Assembly: GCF_006345805.1 (NCBI RefSeq)
Contig: NC_043015.1
Location: 36,704,001 to 36,768,000, forward strand
Direction of reading: 5' to 3'
From: Octopus sinensis
Lineage: Eukaryota
Length of the DNA: 64,000 nt
Part shown: positions 13,543 to 27,610 of the stretch, piece by piece
Layout: every line of letters starts with the position of its first letter
Numbering within the stretch: position 1 is the stretch's first letter
Notes under the pieces: model-generated
What the model saw: only the letters and a program-made list of their open reading frames with translations
Databases searched by the model: none
Told to the model about the DNA's origin: nothing
Made by a program: the position numbers and the translations under genes

Positions 13543-15529
13543 GTATGTATATATATATATATGTGTGTGTGTTTCTTTATTTATTCTTTATTTGTATACG
13601 GTGTGTTCTATGTTTGTTTTAAGTTTACCATTCATAAAAATAATAAACGATCTCGAAATACGCTTAAGCAAACAATAATTATATTTTTACCACAAACAAT
13701 ACGAACAGTGAATTCGAAGCTTCACTGTGGATGGCTTCCGTATAGTTTCACAGTGTGAAGAAAGACCCACATGCCAGGAAGTGGGAGAGCCTAATGTTTT
13801 ATGATTAATAGAGCTTTAGAAATCGTCCTGTTTGCCAATTTCCCTTTCGCAATAAAATTAGTAAATCACGTTCATACTTATGAATTTTTCATGGGTTTAA
13901 TCCCCTTGTTGTTACCATTAAAAATTTCAGCAACTATCGTAGATTATAAGTGTGGTGTGTTTTATTATTATCGGTAATATATTCTCAAGTCGATCGTGCG
14001 AGGCTTTTGGCAGTGTCTATGCATATATTTCTTGTATGTATTTAATTATTGCAACGATTCTTTTACAACCTATGAGTCCTTAAGTGATGACTGCACTTTC
14101 TATGTATGGTTCCCTGTCTTTGATTGAATTCATATCATTTATTAGGACTTGATTTATGTGTAGGTGTCTCTGCCGAGTGCAGCGTTGGCGATAGAAAATA
14201 TAAATAAAGAAGTGCATTATAAGCCGTTGTATTTCTGAGATCATTTCATTCCACTACTTTCTAAAAATCCTATGATGCTGAATTGACTGCGATCTCTTAA
14301 AAACCGGTCAGTCAACTAGATGTACCCTTATTGGGTCAATTACGTAATTAAGTGTTAAGTAGATGTTCTGTCTTGAAACATTGAACATTGCTAATAAAAT
14401 GGGAAAGGCATTGATAGTATATAGATATCGAAATCCTCCATACGAAATATAGAACAAAACTACAGTACAAATAAGGGCGAATTTATAACATAAAATTTCC
14501 TAGTCATTCCACTCATGCACTCTTAAACCGAATCATCTAACACCTTAAATAATTACCGTCGGGTATGATAAAGGAGGTTATAAAACAACACTTATTTGCC
14601 AATAAATTTATCTGTCAAAAGCTTTATTTCAAACCCAAATGTTTAACGGTTATCACCGTGCATAGAATGCATACAAGAGTCGTTAAGTGATCTGGGATGT
14701 CATTAGATTAATGGGCCGCTTTAAGAAGTTATTTAATATCTTCACTTTGGGTGTTATACATATGTGGTGAGAAAAGGAAGGGATTTATGGAGGACGGAAC
14801 TACACTGTATACGTGTTTTGACAACACACATACATGGTTCAGTGAGTGAAATTCATGAGCCTATATGTATATAAATATACATGCATACATACATACATAC
14901 GTGTGTGTATATATACATATATATATATATGTATATATATATGCATGAATATATGTAAAGTTATATAATTGTGAAAACTAATGTTTGCATTATATCTAAT
15001 AAAGAGAAGCACTGGAAACTGCAAACACACATGTATACATAAACACAGATGTATACATAAACACGTCCACATTGAATGTGGTGAGGGAGACTAATGCAAT
15101 GGAATTATAACAACTAGAAAGTCTAATGCAATAAGAAAATAACAAACATCGACTGATTCCACGAAGCTAGAAGAAAATGTCATAGAATTTCTAGCAACGC
15201 AAAGACTTGGACATTTTGCGACAGTAAGTGCCGATTAAATAACACAGTCTACGAGAATCAATGGATCTTTCAAAAGGTTTGAATATTAGGAGCGCCCAAA
15301 AGACATAGTATCATCACCAGTATAGAGATGGCTCTCACCACTTAAAGAACGGATACCAACGGTCTTTAGTCGTCGGCATGCGTTCCTACAATGGTTAAGA
15401 GACCTGTAAACTCATCGAACCAAATATGTGTGTGTATGTATATATATATATATATATGGGTTTGTGTGTGTATGTGTGTGTCTGTGTGTCTGTGTGTATC
15501 TATGTAAGTGTGTATGTATGCATATATGT

Positions 15530-15700
15530 GCAACTCGTAAACACCAGTCGTCTTTTTTCTCTTTCCCTGTTGCCCGCTCTGGGATCTTTCTTTCCTCTCT
15601 CTTCCTTCTTTATGTTTCCGACGAAGAGCTCCGCTCGAAACGTCATACCTCCCTGCTTCCTTTTCCTGAGCGCCTATTAATGATAATACTGTAATTGTTC
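15530..15700 (+). mobile_element. Penelope-like pseudo-LTR remnant with a degenerate minimal hammerhead
   Basis: Pyrimidine-rich tract, then CCGACGA-A-GAGC(TCC)GCTC-GAAA-CGTC (15618-15644). The core has U4>C, stem III is the ACGT palindrome, and the triplet is GUC. Confidence 0.6.
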
Positions 15701-16242
15701 CATTGTTGTTGTTTTTTTGTTTCCCGTTTGGATTAAAAATATATATATATATACATTTGTTTATAAATTTATATATAAAGACAGTTTGTTTATAATTATT
15801 TTCAATTATTAAGTAATGGAAGACAACCCACCGAATTTTCATTAAAAGTAAGATTTTATATACCCTTGCGACTCCCTCCCTTGCCTTCATGCTTTCCCCT
15901 TTTCTTTCTCTCACCCCCTCAGTTCCATTCTAGCCTTTCTATTTACTGCTCTTCTCACTCTCTCTCACTCCCTCTTGTATTTTACTTTGATAAATCACAA
16001 GCAATAAACTATTTTACAGAAAACCGAATGAATTGCAAAGATCCCATCCTTCTTCGGATATATAAAACCTCGTCGAGAAGATGAGTCAGTGAATTTCTCC
16101 TCGGAGGTTCATACTCTATGTCTAATACATAGTGAGTTGCGTTTCTTCTCTCATTTACAATCTGGAAAATACACTCCATATATTTATACATGTTTGTTTA
16201 TTGCTATGTATGTATATTTTTATGTATGTATACATATATATG

Positions 16243-16280
<38 letters not shown>

Positions 16281-16710
16281 GTCATTGGACTGTAACTATA
16301 CTGGGACACCAACCTCAAGGATTTAGACGAACAAATCCTACTCAGCATTTATGTCTTTAAGCCTGGTATTTATTTTATCGGTATCTTTGACGAAACTCCT
16401 CAGTTACGGAGGAGAGAAACAAACCAACAACGGTTGCCCAGCTGGAGGTTTTGAGGCAAACACGTAGACAAAGTTACACACCCAAAACACACACAGACAC
16501 AAACACATACACGCACACAACTAAATATATATGCGTGTGTGCGTGTTTGCGAGTGTGTGTATGTATGTGTGTATGTATTTCCGTTATCCTCTCCCAAATT
16601 CGCTCAGAGGGTTTTGGTCGTTCTGATGCCATAGAACATCCTCCTTTAATGTATCACTGAACGCGGAATCATGTGGTTAGGAATGGAACTCCTTACCACA
16701 TTGCCACATG
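16281..16710 (-). mobile_element. bipartite SINE with internal microsatellite
   Basis: Tail 16281-16480, CA/TG tract 16480-16580, and head 16580-16710 ending ccttaccacattgccac (A-box on minus strand). Confidence 0.75.
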
Positions 16711-18495
16711 TTTCCAATGTTAAAACATTACACATATTCATAAGCATAAAGAAAAACTAAAAGAATCAAGCACTCATAATTCCAACAAACGCCTGATACA
16801 TTTATAATAGGCTTAAATGATTAATCTGACGGATCTTAAACAGAAATTGCGTGAGTATATTCGGAGATATGATATTTAGCTGCTGTGAACGATTTATTCA
16901 TTATCATACACTATTCAAAAAACATCACATTTTGTTTTCTTGGCTTTCTAAGCGTTTGGTTTATAGAATTTAATTAATTCAGAATAGAAACTAATTATTT
17001 TCCAATGCACTAAGGTAATTACCAGCATAGTAAAATAATAATAAATCAGATAATTAATCAAATGATTAATTACTTAAGCATGTTTTATTAATCTATACAT
17101 GAGAGTAATGGAGTGTAATCGCAGTTATAGAATTTCTTTACGAGAGGTAAATACCGCTAAATATCGGATGGATTCAAATGCGGTGTTCCTACGTAATAGG
17201 TGCATCTCCTGGAATTTGGATTGAATTTCAAAACTAAATAGATTTTATTCATATTTAAAGAAAAAAAAACAATGAATGATATGAGTATGCCTACAAACAG
17301 CATTAACATAAGATGTAAATACCATGCAGCCGTTATAAGCGGTATCATATGGACTATTTAGTATAGCAATAATGAGGTTCAAGAATATAATTATGGGATT
17401 AAATTATGTTAGAATAGAATAGTGTGTCTTGATGTGATTGTGATCATGATTTCATTAGCTACATTTCGAAATTTAAGGTTAGATTATATATTACATCTAT
17501 GGTACTTAAATCGTTAGTATCATCGATGGTACTTAAAATACCTTCGTATCTTAAAAATTCAAGCTTCTGTTTTTATTTAACAAAAATTGTATGTGAATCT
17601 GGTGGCGGAGGAGTGTGAAGCAATCGAGCGCTACTACACAAAGAAAATTGACTTGGTGAGACAGATGAGCTACTAGGAGATACTAAAAGAACAAAATCTC
17701 TATTCTCAGGAGACGTATGAGAGATATGCAGTGATATACATATCGAAGATCCTGGAAGTTCTAGCACCCAACTTTGGAATTGGAAGTTATACAAACCACC
17801 GAATCTGTCCCTTCCCGTTCTCGTAAATCTCTCCTTATATCAGCAGCTCTCCTCCTCCGTTGCACCTTCTCATTCACTACGTATTTTTTCCCCATCTCTT
17901 ATAGTTTTCAAAAGCGTCGACGATCCGTATCTGCTTAACGACATGCCCGACCAACGAAGCCTCCTTTCATAATACTAACCTATATTACCTACTCTCCTCC
18001 ACTTCTGACAATCGATCTCCCGATTACACATCTCAGCCTCCCGGCCTTGTATTTCTTATCACTTCTTGATCACTCTCCCACTATAAGCCGCCTGCATCCC
18101 CCCTCCCCTGCCCATCACTCCTCACTACCTCTTCTCTTATCTAATCTTTAAATCTCGCGCACCACGACGTGAACTGCTATTTACCAATCTTCCCTCTTGA
18201 AGAAAGAACCCTGTGTTACGGCTCATCACATCTATCTGCTGGTTACATATTCATGTTTTTTTTGCCCGTTGAATCTGTTAATTAGGAACATTGCAACTAC
18301 TAAGTAATCCCGAGTTACCAGAAACAGCTGTGGAGTAAAAAAATATTCAATCTTTCCTTAGGTTTTCTATTTTCATACACTACGTAAAAGTAAAGTTCAT
18401 TGGATATATACAAATGTCTATATGCTTGTACATATAGGTTCTTCCTGTGATTATATTTAGTTCTTACATTTATATATATATATATATAATATATA

Positions 18496-18538
<43 letters not shown>

Positions 18539-19470
18539 ATTATATATATATATCCCTATACATGTGTGTCTGTGAGTGCATGCGTGTGTAATTTGTGTAT
18601 GAGTGTGTGTGTTTTGGCCTTTATCATTAAATAAATAGATAAATGCACATATATACATATTCATATACATATAAATATATGAACACCTGATACACACACA
18701 CACATATATCTATATATAAAAATGTGTGTGCATATATATATATATATATAATATATATATTATATATATGTACACATGCATGTACACATCACTTTTTCTC
18801 TCCCTCTCAATATATATTCGGCATGTTGATAAATCTCTGTTAAATCTTGTACTCATTGCGTATATATGCCAAGATATGGCATGGACGATTTTACGCCATT
18901 ACGAATGTCACAAAGTTTTGAACCACTTAATGGTCACATGTTACCTAATGTTCTTTAATTAAATATTTTGTAACGATATATTATTTTAAACAAAGGTGTT
19001 AAATTCCACGAAAATGATGCCAGATATCTGCTGGTTTCCAGACACTTAATAACACCATGTTTCCACTTAGATGCTTCCATATATCTCAGTCACTCCGGCA
19101 ACTAGTGATGGATCGTAAAGTCATGCAATGTCATTGTTAGTTACTAGTAAATGTCAGATATCATCTAGATATAGTCGTCTTTAGGAAGGCATTGGATATT
19201 TCAATCATTAAATATGTATTAAAAGTGATGCAATGTTAATAACGGACAAGAGAAACAGATTGAGTGTAGCAGAAATGGTAATCAATATGAAGACAGCATT
19301 TGTGGATTTTAGTTGTGTCAAGGAATTAAAATCCTCCAATCAGAAGGAATTTGCTTGTAAAATTGGTAATTGTCTCCTATTTTTCTTATTGGATTATCTG
19401 CACTTATCTACACTCTCTCCTTCAGTGTGTGTGCATGTGTGTGTATGTGTCTATATATATATAATATATA

Positions 19471-19568
<98 letters not shown>

Positions 19569-19628
19569 TATATTATATTATTATATACATAAATATATAT
19601 AAGAATATATATATATATATATACATAA

Positions 19629-19659
<31 letters not shown>

Positions 19660-19762
19660 CATAAATATATATATATATATATATATCATATATATACATA
19701 TTATATATATATATTATATATATAATATTTACACACACACACACATATATATATATATAATA

Positions 19763-19809
<47 letters not shown>

Positions 19810-19889
19810 CATATATATTTTCACACACATACACAGACACGCACACACATTCATTCATATATAAATATTGATATCGGTTATCGTTTTTA

Positions 19890-20075
19890 TCAATTTTGTC
19901 GGTCATTAAGGACTGGAACCCTCCTGGCACAGCGCCTTGAAGAATTTCTAGTCTAACGAACCAACTCCAGTGCTTCGCTTTTCAGTCTGCTATTTTATTC
20001 TAAAGTTCTCTTTTATGGAACACCTAAGTTATGTGCATGTAAAAACACCAGCACAAGTTATCAAGCGATGCTGAG
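19890..20075 (-). mobile_element. SINE tail module, degenerate
   Basis: gtcattaagggactgg..gcgccttgaagaatttctagtc..aagttatgtgcatgtaaaaacaccagcac..tcaagcg matches the shared tail. Confidence 0.65.
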
Positions 20076-20270
20076 GAACTAACACACACACACAGACACA
20101 CACACAAACATACACACGAAACAATGGGTCATTGACCCAATCTCTGAATTCAGCCTTACATCACAAATATCTCTTGCCTTTAATCGTTATCTTAGAATTT
20201 AAACCGATTAGCACACACCCACTCATACGTACACACACGCACATAAGTATACATATATATGCACATAAGC

Positions 20271-20310
<40 letters not shown>

Positions 20311-20400
20311 TGTACATACATACAGACATGCATACATCTGTCATGATGTTTTATTTTTGAAGTAAATAAATTTTCTTATCTATCTCTCTATCTCTCTATT

Positions 20401-20467
<67 letters not shown>

Positions 20468-21205
20468 GTCTATCTATCTATCTGTCTGTCTGTATGTATG
20501 TCTGTCTATATATCTATATCTATCTATCTGTGTGTCAATATTTCTATTATTCTTCAATAAAAACATTTTCAGTGGCTTTAACTTTCGGCCTGCTTAGCCT
20601 TCATTCTGTCTGAAGTTAAATTTTTCCAGTGTAGGCTGAGATCTGTTCTTCCCTTCAAGTCGCAGCGGTTGAAAGAACTTTAGTGAGAATTTCATTACCT
20701 GAAGACTGACTTGCGAGAAAACAAACCTAATTCCAGAGATTAAAATACTGGACTAGCCTCTCAGATTTAAACTTCACAAATGTCTCATGAATATCAAACA
20801 GCCTACTTACAAGTTGTTCTGGGCGAATATGACCTTAAGATGCCACCCGTAAATATACGCACATGATTATAAAGTTCTACATGCATGAAATAAATTTTAA
20901 ACAATAGTACGTGCTCAAATTCAATCGATTTTTCCATCACCCGTTACAACACAGCCTACTAAACAACATTCAATAATACTCAGCTTCATCTGAGACTACA
21001 TAAAGCCAGAATAAAATCAAATATATTGCAGACCGATATTGGCTTTGCTGACGGAAACTTCAAAGTCACTGCCAATGCTTTTCCTGTTAAAAAATAATTA
21101 CTTTGCACTACTCCAAATGTATTGAGTTTTACTTGTTAGTTTGAAATCGATTTTGTTGCATCATAAATACAAACATCAGTTTCTATCAGTCTAGCCAGCC
21201 AATTA

Positions 21206-21978
21206 TTAAGTGGTCAAGAAAGTTCTTGCGGAATTTTTAATTTTGGTTTTAAATTATGTATTTTCAAATTAATTTTCATTTAATTACTTTGACTTTATAT
21301 ATCATTTTAAAGCTCGTTTTCCGATCTATCTAATTGTGTTACACTTCGGCCAATTTTTCCGGAACGTTCAATACAGCATGGGCAAAAAAACAAATTCGCA
21401 CAATTTTCTTATTCTAGTTCAAGCTAGACCGGAAAGCTACTGAAACAGCTCGCAATATCAACGATGCGTTTGGCCCAGGAGCCACTAATAAACGTAGAGT
21501 ACAATGGTGGTTCACGAAATTTGGTAGCGGTGATGGGTGTTGAAGATGATAAGCGTAGTGGTAGGCCATCGGATGTTGACAACGATAGAAAAGGACCAAT
21601 TCTTCTCCACAAAACGCTCGGCCGCACGTCGCACAACTGACCCTGCAGAAGTTGAACGAATTGGGCTACGGAGCTACGCCTCATCCGCCATACTCACCAG
21701 CCTTCTCACAAACCGACTACCAATTTCTGAAGCATCTCGATAACTTCCTGCTTGAGAAATGCTTAAAAAAACCAAAACGATGCCAAACACACTTTCAATG
21801 ACTTCATCGTCACCAGAACGCATGATTTTTACGCTACTGGCATAAATAAACTTGTTTCACGTTGGCAAAAGTGTGTTGATTCTGATCGTGTTCATTTCGA
21901 TTCATAAATTTGTTTGAGCCGAGAGATGTGCATCTGAATTTGCAGGTTAAAAACCGCAAGAACTTTCTGATAACATAA
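21206..21978 (+). mobile_element. internally deleted mariner (Hsmar1/cecropia-like), both TIRs, TA flanks
   Basis: Left TIR ttaagtggtcaagaaagttcttgcgg and right TIR ccgcaagaactttctgataacataa, each bounded by TA. The decayed transposase 21378-21907 reads KQIRTIFLF*FKLDRKATETARNINDAFGPG..VQWWF..EDDKRSGRPSDVDND, fused to RKGPILLH..NARPHVAQLTLQKLNELGY..PHPPYSP..TDY..KLVSRWQKCVDS. Confidence 0.95.
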
Positions 21979-22084
21979 TATTTATCTCTTCATATCAGTG
22001 CATGTATGTCCGTGAATACATACATACATGCATACATACAAGTATACATATAGAGAAATATACGTATATATGAGTATCTACATA

Positions 22085-22280
22085 TATGAGGGTGTGCTGA
22101 AAAGTTATTGGCTTTGGGTAGAATAAAATACAGAATGATCAGTTATGATCTTTTCCAATATACTCCCTTATCAGATTCATTGTTGTGGTACTTTAGTTTT
22201 CTAAGCCCTGTAAAGGAACTCGGAAGTTTGAGACAACAACGAGACCTTTTGCGCCTCCCTTACAACCAACACTCCTCGTA
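22085..22280. mobile_element. mariner-type MITE (~195 bp)
   Basis: Ends are TATGAGGGTGTGCTGAAAAG and a degenerate ACTCCTCGTA inverted terminus. No coding capacity. Related to 12471-12560. Confidence 0.65.
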
Positions 22281-23220
22281 TATGTGTGTGTATGTGTGTG
22301 CATGTGCGTGTGTGTTTGTGTGTGCGTGTGTGTATATATATATTGCTATCCAAATCTCTCCAATTTCTATTCTCCAATTTCTCTCTACATAATTACTTTA
22401 ATAGAACTGATACGACGGGTCATGTGATCAGCTTCGGTGCGATTCGAACGTGATGTACACCAAGCACAACATAGGCTTAGAAAATATATTTTACTCGGTA
22501 TTTTGTTTCGTAACACCGATCGTGGCTCCACCAAATATTCTGCAACTTCCTTATTATAGTTATGTTTGGCTCTCATCAATCTAAAACACTCATCTTTTTA
22601 GAATATCTAACAGAACAAGCATAATTTAAGACGAAACTTACAACGCCATAAGCACGCAAATGTCGGTTCGATATGGGATGATGAAGAACTGTGATGCAAA
22701 GGAAAAGATTTGTCTGACGATACCATAAATCTTATTTATACATTTGAATATCTCAGACAAAGAAAACATGAAATGATTCTGCCAGACGAACTTACTATTA
22801 ATAGCGCAGTATTGACTGGTACCGTCTAAAATGAATTGTTAATAGCGGCAATGAATGGTCTGGAATCAAATGAGAATTTCACTGAAGAATACTAAGGAAG
22901 TTTCAGAGACGTGCAGAATCTGTAGACAGAGTTGCCAAATTTTAATAATCTATTTAACAAATTTGCTAAATATGGCGCTTTTTTTAGAATTATGTAAAAA
23001 AACAAAAACAAATAAAGTCGTTGTGCTACATCTTTACAAATATATATATACACATATTGTTTTTTGTCCAACCACTAAATTTGATGGGCAAATAACCGAG
23101 ATGATATAATTTTCCTTGTAGGATACCCGGCAACCAATTTTGTTCTGTTGCAGAGTTCCCGGCAACCAATTTTGTTTGGAGGGGGTAGTATAGAATCCAG
23201 CAAATCGAAGACTTGACTGA

Positions 23221-23360
23221 CACTTTATTTTCTCCAACTGAAAGGGATGAAAGTCAAATGTTACCTTCGTTGGGTATGAACTCAGATCCTATAGAGTCAG
23301 GCGAAAAAACCTTAGACATTTTTAACATCCTGCTCGTCATTCCACTGGTTCACGACTCTT
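23221..23360 (-). mobile_element. degenerate SINE (56342-type)
   Basis: aaagggatgaaagtcaaatgttaccttcgttgggtatgaactcaga resembles the reverse complement of 56395-56460. Confidence 0.55.
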
Positions 23361-23647
23361 ATGTGGCTGTTTAAGATTGCGAAATCGCAACAAGCTTTCA
23401 TATAATGTTCATTTTTGTTTCAGTTTCATGAACTGTGCCTCTTGACTCCGAACGTAGATTTGAAATTTATGTTATGCAGCATTTGTATGAATTTATTGAA
23501 TCTACATCCAACAGTTTATAGCACCAATCCGATTAAAGGATTCTGAGTGAAGGATTTTCGACGCTAATTGTATGTAAGTTGTATACAGACATAAGATACA
23601 TACATGCATGCATACATGCATACACTCTCACACACATTCACATGGAT

Positions 23648-23912
23648 GTGAAGGCGAGTGCCCCTGTGGATAGGGTATTGCATTTACGACCGTTAGATGA
23701 TAGGCTCCATTTTAGGTTGTTCTAGTAAGGGTCTGCCCAAAATGTGTAACACTGTGACGGAATAGGCTTCCGACTGGGGTGACGTCATTTGAAAAGCTCA
23801 AACAATGGGAAGCGTATTGTGACCAGCGATATATTACAACATCCAGTAATTTGGCCTATATCGTTATACAGCCATATATGCATGCATGGATGCATACATG
23901 TGTGTTTGAGTG

Positions 23913-23957
<45 letters not shown>

Positions 23958-24167
23958 TATAAGCATGCGTTTTGTCAGTTTGTCCCCACCGCCACTTGAC
24001 AACCGGTATCGCTTTGTTTACGTCGATGGAACATAATGTTTCGGTAAAAGAGTTCTGAAGAATATGTAGAAGACAGAACCGTTAAGCAATAGGTTAGATT
24101 GTAAGGCCAGAATGCCCCAGCATGGTCACAGTTCAATAACTGAAACAAATAAAAGATAGAGAGATAA
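23648..24167 (+). mobile_element. SINE with a different head, internal (TG)n and the shared 3' tail
   Basis: tRNA-like start gaaggcgagtgcc..ggatagggtattgcattt, (TG)n at 23910-23955, and tail tgtccccaccgccacttgacaaccgg..gccccagcatggtcacag..actgaaacaaataaaagata. Confidence 0.75.
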
Positions 24168-24766
24168 CGCGCAGATTATAAGGGCTGAGCAAGGAAGTGA
24201 TACGGATAATCGTTTAGAAGAACGCCCATACAAGATTCTAAGATTGCATAATTCCCGATTAACACAGAAACACTAATTGCAGTAGAAATATCTCATCCCT
24301 CGCGATTCTAGGCTTTGGTAGGTTTAACTTTGGAAAAGCAGAAAAATATTTTGTGAAATGTTTGCTAAGTCTTGTAAAAAACTGTTCCAACATTTGAGAA
24401 ATATTTATTAAATCATAAATAAAGTCCCCAAACATCGAAGATCACTGATGCTTTACGGCATTCTACTCATATACAAGATTTACACCCTGATAATCAACTG
24501 AGGCGTAAATATTTGCATGTCCTACAGAACATTATCTCTCCAGCCCAATATCAAATCATGTTTCATAATGTCGATAATTTTGCGTTCTATAATTCATGAT
24601 CTGCTCCGATATTTTTAAAGATATTTAAAGAAGAATGGACAATATCTTGCATGTTCAGTAAAACCAGTTATGAGAAATACTTTCGATTATTTATAAGACA
24701 TTTAAATGACTACTATTTTTTTCTTATTAATTATCATTCAAAGAGTCTATATGGTCATAAAACTGG

Positions 24767-24812
<46 letters not shown>

Positions 24813-25084
24813 TATAAAATATTATTAGAGACAAAACCACTATTTTGCAAAACAAACAAGGAAAGACTTAATCAATACATAAAATTTTAATAAATAGTCA
24901 AAAAATTGTGGCGGTTTTTTTGACTATTTATTAAAATTTTATGTATTGATTAAGTCTTTCCTTGTTTGTTTTGCAAAATAGTGGTTTTGTCTCTAATAAT
25001 ATTTTATAATATTTTACTATAAAATTGGATTTAATCCTAAATCTGATTTTTTTCCCCTGTAAATTGGATTTATTCCCTAATATT

Positions 25085-25085
<1 letters not shown>
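24813..25085. repeat. perfect ~93-bp foldback with a one-sided extension, between (TA)n tracts
   Basis: Arms 24813-24905 and about 24916-25008 are exact reverse complements around a ~10-nt loop. The right side continues to ~25085. Confidence 0.95.
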
Positions 25086-25161
<76 letters not shown>

Positions 25162-25399
25162 ATTGAAAAAAAAAACTTGGAGTCAACAAGAAGGAATACA
25201 ATTCGACACTACAATTGTTTCTAAGCAACGTAGTTCTGCAAGCGTACACGTACTTAATTATGCAACCGTTTCCCTGCATTATGAGATCTAGTTGGGATTC
25301 CTCAGGCGATATGTAAATATTGTCTCTGTAAGTTCAAATTCCCAGCATCATGAGTATCTTCTGAGTCTGTCGTGGACTGGAGTTAGTATTAGCCACTGA

Positions 25400-25650
25400 G
25401 TTTGTCAAATGTGTGTTATGTATGAAAAAGAGATCAAAGTTTCTCCCCAAACCGTAATCTCATAAAGCCGTCCTATTTTGCTGGGACACGGACCCGCAGA
25501 GTAAATCTTGTTCTTGTAGGGGAGTGAAACCGGTGTAGTTTGAAATGAAGGGATCTGCTGAAGAACACAACACACAGTCCAATCCACGAATCGGGGTCAC
25601 AATTTTACGATCATATATGCAACATCTTTACTAAAATACATGACTCCAGT
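25400..25650 (-). mobile_element. degenerate tRNA-derived SINE head
   Basis: Minus strand reads ggagtcatg..gatcgtaaaattgtgaccccgattc..gtgtgttgtgttcttcagc, as in 3951 and 11141. Confidence 0.6.
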
Positions 25651-26797
25651 ATTGCATATTTACATGAATATATATATGTATCAATATAAGTATATATATA
25701 TATATGTATATATATATATACGTATATGTATGTATATATATTATATATATATATATATATATAATATATAATATATATATGCGCACACAGACAACACACA
25801 CACATACACGTCCGACAAACTTTTCCAGAAAGCTCTTACCGGCTTGCAACATAACCACCCCAGTGGCGATGTTTCGGTACTAAGGGACGTAACTCATAAC
25901 TCAATCACCTACTCGTTTTGTTTCATAATCTTTTTCACGGCAACCACAAATCAGATGTGTCTATTTGCCTCCAGCAATAGGGAGCAGTCGCAATATATCA
26001 TTACGTGTCGGCTACCTCTGATGAGCGCAGGGTTACATAATCGAATTGTTACTTAACGCTCCGAAGAATACTTAAAGCGCAACCGATTCGTAAGGTGAGT
26101 CGTAATGTATATATAATACTGTACACTTCGTATAATATATATGCATACTTATACATAGCTATACATTCATATGGAGCAGTGATGTATTAATTTGGATTTC
26201 TTAAAGGGTTTTGAATGAAAGGTAATTTTACGACGTAACTCAAAGCACTAAATTTTAAAAAGTAAACTGTTGAGAAAAATAAGATTGTTCTGTGGAATCT
26301 GAATTTAAAATATTAAAAAGAAAAATTAGTAATAGCGCTAAACGTTGGAAATACACACACACACACATTTACACATCACCCGCACACAAATACATTCTCT
26401 GCACGTATTCCCTTCCAACTAAACGTAAAATACGACACCATCTGCGCTTAGCTGCCCAAAAATTGCAGCATATTTATGTCCCATATTAATGTATACTCAA
26501 CGGCAATTGTACATTCTGTGACAGTCATAAAGCTACACATTTACTGTGAATCCATTTTTTATTTCGATATTAAAACATGTTTGTATTATGAAAGTAAGCT
26601 TACAGTGCAGTTTTGATAATATGAAGCATGCATAACTTCCGTAGATATTTCGTATCGTCGTAGCTTCGTTTCCTTTTAGTACCATGGCCATTGCGAAGTC
26701 TTCCTACTTAAAAACATAAGGAAAAAAATGAAGGCGGTTAATTTAGTCATCCAGCCTGATTGAAATGGCTCCCAAATCTCACGCAAAATCATTATTC

Positions 26798-26834
<37 letters not shown>

Positions 26835-27610
26835 CTCTCTTCTTTCTCTCTCTCTCTGTAAATATATATACATATATATAAGTATGTATGTATATAGACG
26901 TATATATATATATATATATATATATATACTATATATATATATATATATATATACGTCTATATACATACATACTTATATATATGTATATATATATGTAAAT
27001 ATTTATGTACATGTATGTGTATTTATGTATGTATATAATAAATATAACTACACATATACGTGATGCTGACAGTATATACAGGTGATGTAATCAGAGTTTA
27101 TCACGTCTACAAACATACATATTAGATTATATCTATTGGAGTGCATAACGCAATCAAAATAAATATATATAAAATGCAGTTATTGAATTCAGTTATTGAA
27201 AGTAGTTATTGAAAGTTGAGGCTTTACTATGCCACGTATATGAAGTTTCCGGTTAATTCACTATTTCCGATGTTAAGTTTAGTGAATTTGTGCGCGTGTA
27301 TGCGTAAGTAGATGCGTATGTATGTGCTCGCGAGCCTACTCACGCGTTTGTGATTTTATGCGTGTGTATGTATAATGTATATGTAGAAAGGAGGTTTTTC
27401 TTTTGAAATTGAATTATTTAACTTTGAACTTCGTTGGGTATTTTGCATAATTATGTAATAGTATCTTTCGGTTATTTTTATTTCAAATCCTATCGAATTT
27501 AATATATACTTCGTATGTGACATTTTTCACGCATAAGCACAGAGATAAATACCTATACATATATCCATACATAATTATGTGTGTGTGTGTGTGTGTGCGT
27601 GCGTGTATAT

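Noticed and set aside
16009-16165. Minus-strand exon-like segment (IVNERRNATHYVLDIEYEPPRRNSL...) after a good acceptor
   Set aside because: No convincing donor, partner exon or homology.
17580-18250. Possible Penelope 3' end (LEVLAPN-like motif followed by a CT-rich tract); a similar tract occurs at 48480-48720
   Set aside because: The resemblance is too weak and no intact HHR or GIY-YIG motif was found.
25975-26094. 120-nt exon ending at a perfect AAG|GTGAGT donor
   Set aside because: All three frames contain stops, and the site coincides with stem I of a decayed hammerhead.
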